Positions 26,304 through 29,025 of a DNA stretch of 29,025 bases are shown here, piece by piece; position 1 is the stretch's first letter; every line of letters begins with the position of its first letter. This DNA is from Alphaproteobacteria bacterium (GTDB taxonomy: Bacteria; Pseudomonadota; Alphaproteobacteria; ATCC43930; CGMCC-115725): assembly GCA_005888515.1 (NCBI GenBank), contig VAZR01000042.1, forward strand, positions 1 through 29,025, read 5' to 3'. Below the pieces are notes generated by a model, which was given only the letters and a program-made list of their open reading frames with translations, ran no database searches and was not told the DNA's origin. The position numbers and the translations under genes are program-made.

Positions 26304-27103
26304 CTACGGACGCGGCTCGACATCGAGCCTTACGGCGATGCCTTCGAGCTCGGCCTTCGGCGCGGCGTAACGGCGCAGAACCAGCGGGTCGTGGCCGGGA
26401 ATGACGTGCGCCGGCGAACTCGCGAGGCGCTTTACGGTCGCGAAGCCTTCGAGCATGTCGCCGACATTGTAGACCATCGCATAGGCGCGCATCTGCTCGA
26501 AATTGGCGTAGAATGCGATGCGTCGGCGGCGAGCACGACCCAACCGCGCTGTGTCTTGACGCGCATTACCTGCAGCCCGTCGGTGTGGCCGCCGACATGA
26601 TGCACGGTGATGCCGGGGGCGATCTCGCCAGTGCCGTCGTGAAACTGTACCCGGCCCGCGAATAGGCGCCCAACCATCGCGCTGACATCGTCCTCCTCGA
26701 ATGAGCGGCGCAGCTGCGGGTGGCACATGCAGCGTCCGGTACAGAACGCCATCTCGCGATCCTGCAGATGATAGGTGGCGTTCGGGAACAGGTCGCGGTT
26801 GCCGGCATGGTCGTAATGCATGTGGCTGATGATTACGTCGCCGACGGTCGCCGGATCGACCCCGATCGCGAGCAGCCCGTCGCGTGGCGCTCGCAGGAAT
26901 TCCCGCTTGCGCTTTTTCGCCATTGCCTCGTCGAAGCCGGTATCGAGGATCAGGGTGCGGTTCTCGCCGACGATCGCCCAGACGAAATAATCGAGCGGCA
27001 TCGGGCTGTCGTCATGCGGGTCCGCCGCGAGAAAACTCTCGCGCGCGAGGCGGTGGTGGTGGGCATAGCGCACGGCATAGATTTCGTAGGTGTCGGCGGT
27101 CAT
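26304..27103 (-). pseudogene. N-acyl homoserine lactonase-family metallo-beta-lactamase protein, 1-nt frameshift at about 26512 (may be a sequence error)
   Basis: RBS CAGGAG; MPLDYFVW, LDTGF, SHMHYDHAG, GGHTDGLQ and LAADASH. The continuation FYANFEQ...IPGHDP is in another frame. Confidence 0.85.
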
Positions 27104-27168
27104 CGCGCTCTCCTGACGGGCATTGCCGCGCTTATAGGCCGGCCGAGGAGAGCCTGTCAGCCGGAACC

Positions 27169-27963
27169 CTAATCCCCCGACATCATCAGCCTGTCGGTGA
27201 CCGGCAGGGTGATACGGTGCGGCGCGAAACGGCCGCCGAGTGCCAGGATCTTGTTCATGATGCCGGCGATCGCGACACGCCGGCCGGCGGCGAGGGCGCG
27301 ATAGCCGATCCGCGCGACATCCCCGGCGCGCATCATGTGCCGCAGCCGCCGCGCCATAATGGAGTGGTCGGCGCCGGCGATCTTGAAGAACTCGGTATCG
27401 GTCGCGCCCGGGCACAGCACGGTGACGCCGACGCCGGTGCCGCGCAATTCATAGGCGAGCGCCTCGCCGAGGCTCGACACGAAGGCTTTGCTAGCGAAGT
27501 ACACCGCCATGCGCGGCCCGGGCTGAAACCCCGCAACGGACGAAACCAGCATGATGCGGCCCCGCCCGCGCGCCACCATGCCGGGCGCGATCAAGCGCGT
27601 CAGCTCGGTCAACGCGATGATGTTGACCTGCAGGATTTCGCTGATGCGGCCGAAATCCATGCGGTCGAAGCGGCCAAGCGCGCCTAGGCCGGCATTGTTG
27701 ATCAGCACGTCGATCTTGAGACTACGGCTGCCGATATCATGTGCGAGCGCGGCGGCGGCGGCCGGTTTCGACAGATCGGCGGCGATCACCGTCACCGCGG
27801 CCCCGAGGCTACGTAGCTCGGCGGCGAGCGCTTCCATCGCCGCGACGCGGCGGGCCGTCAGCACGAGATCGTGACCATGCCGGGCCAATTCGCGCGCCAA
27901 TCCGGCGCCGATGCCGCTGGAGGCGCCGGTCACCAGCGCCAGAGGACGGTTGCTGTTGTCCAT
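27169..27963 (-). CDS. Short-chain dehydrogenase/reductase
   Basis: VTGASSGIG, NNAG, catalytic YFASK and CPGATDTEF. Confidence 0.93.
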   Translation of the reverse strand: MDNSNRPLALVTGASSGIGAGLARELARHGHDLVLTARRVAAMEALAAELRSLGAAVTVIAADLSKPAAAAALAHDIGSRSLKIDVLINNAGLGALGRFDRMDFGRISEILQVNIIALTELTRLIAPGMVARGRGRIMLVSSVAGFQPGPRMAVYFASKAFVSSLGEALAYELRGTGVGVTVLCPGATDTEFFKIAGADHSIMARRLRHMMRAGDVARIGYRALAAGRRVAIAGIMNKILALGGRFAPHRITLPVTDRLMMSGD

Positions 27964-28087
27964 GATGGTTCCTTTGGGATCGTTCCTTTGGCAGGCCCAA
28001 CGGCAGCGCGATCGGGAACCGAGTTTCGCTCGCAACCGTTGAACGGCCGGTCGGGCGGTCTCCCGGCCGAACCGATAGAGGCGGACG

Positions 28088-28597
28088 ATGAACAGGCTTT
28101 GGATCGCGGCTATGATAATGGCTTTCGCGAGCATCGGCATTGCCGAAGCCGCGGGCCCGGCGGAGCGGGTGGAGCCGGCTCAGCCGCGCGTGCTCGCCGA
28201 TACGGTCAAGCCGGGCCAGTGGGAATTCACCTCGCAAATGCAGATGCCGGGCGGGACGCAGATGCCGCCAGGGATGCAGATGCCGTCCGGCACGACAATG
28301 CCGCCGGGAGCCGGGATGAGATCGAGTTATCAGGCGTGCATCGATTCGGACAAGGCGGTGCCGAGCGACCCGCGTGGCCAGTGCAAGATCGACAATGTAC
28401 GGCGCAACGGCGCGACGGTCAGCTGGACCGGGACCTGCACGACCGGGCAAGGCGCGGTCCGCTCCGAAGGCGTGGCGCGCTATTCCGGCGACAGGATGGA
28501 AGGCAATCTGACGACGCATGTGCCGGGCGCCAACGGGCAGGTGATGAACACGACCCAGCACATCACCGGCCGTTATCTTGGGGCCTGCGCGCGTTAG
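28088..28597 (+). CDS. DUF3617-like exported protein
   Basis: Signal peptide, KPGQWEFT, paired Cys (QACI, GQCKI, GTCT) and C-terminal GRYLGAC; internal QMP repeats. Confidence 0.8.
   Translation: MNRLWIAAMIMAFASIGIAEAAGPAERVEPAQPRVLADTVKPGQWEFTSQMQMPGGTQMPPGMQMPSGTTMPPGAGMRSSYQACIDSDKAVPSDPRGQCKIDNVRRNGATVSWTGTCTTGQGAVRSEGVARYSGDRMEGNLTTHVPGANGQVMNTTQHITGRYLGACAR
28241..28312 (+). repeat. Four imperfect 18-bp tandem units encoding QMPGGT/QMPPGM/QMPSGT/TMPPGA
   Basis: Units start at 28241, 28259, 28277 and 28295; the first three begin CAGATGCCG. Confidence 0.85.
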
Positions 28598-28600
28598 TAT

Positions 28601-29025
28601 TTACTCAGCAGCGCGGGCCGGCGCGGCGGCGCAATGCCGGCGCAGCGCGGCGATCAGCGCGTCGGTTTCGGCCTCGCTAGTATCGAAGCGGCAGACGAAG
28701 CGGGCGAGGGTGGCGCTGCGGCGGTAGAACTGAAACCCGTCGCGCTCGAGCGCATCCATCGCCGCTGACGGCAATTCGAGAAAGAGCTCGTTGACCTCGA
28801 CCGGCGCGACGAGCCGCAAGCCAGGCAGGCCTGCGATGCCGGTCGCGATGCGTGCGGCGGCCGTGTTTGAGGCAGCGGCGAGGTTCAGCCACAGCCCGTT
28901 TTCGATGTAGGCCATCAGCTGTGCCGACGCGAAACGCATCTTCGACCAGACCTGGCCGGCGCGGCGCAGTTGCACCGCGAGCCCGTCGGCTAGTTCCAGG
29001 TTGAAGACGACGATCGCGTCGCACA
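28601..29025 (-). CDS. ltaE: Low-specificity L-threonine aldolase family, C-terminal part; runs off the right edge
   Basis: RRAGQVWSKMRFASAQL, WLNLAAASN, VEVNELF and RFVCRFDT. Confidence 0.85.
   Translation of the reverse strand, partial: CDAIVVFNLELADGLAVQLRRAGQVWSKMRFASAQLMAYIENGLWLNLAAASNTAAARIATGIAGLPGLRLVAPVEVNELFLELPSAAMDALERDGFQFYRRSATLARFVCRFDTSEAETDALIAALRRHCAAAPARAAE

Noticed and set aside
22200-26525. Programmed ribosomal frameshifting to explain the split FAAL and lactonase genes
   Set aside because: I saw no slippery heptamer or stimulatory structure at either junction, and the FAAL is also missing a required motif.

Overview
GC-rich alphaproteobacterial chromosome segment; gene content suggests a Rhodospirillales-like soil lineage, which is inference only. 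I recognised no rRNA, tRNA, CRISPR array or transposase. Housekeeping genes: partial PBP1A, yfgM-like/bamB/der, cysK-alaX-sseA-GNAT, dcd, NUDIX, DUF1491, SDR and partial threonine aldolase. Three accessory blocks stand out. (1) At 1549-3911, four adjacent signal-peptide proteins are made almost entirely of Gly/Ser/Thr/Ala, three share a hydrophobic-G-x-G-G-S repeat, and I cannot place them in any family. This is the best candidate for an undescribed system. (2) At 10476-15227, a phosphorelay cassette has an MHYT hybrid kinase, a REC-kinase with a PleC/DivJ-like H-box and a stand-alone CtrA-like receiver. (3) At 21037-26303, an ACP plus fatty acyl-AMP ligase with no adjacent PKS/NRPS is divergent from a WcbI-domain protein. 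Four genes appear to have lost about 20-45 codons that include key motifs, and a fifth has a 1-nt frameshift. These may be assembly or read errors, or real decay. Family calls come from motif recognition by eye, not database searches, and several start codons were moved from the ORF track using RBS and homology reasoning.
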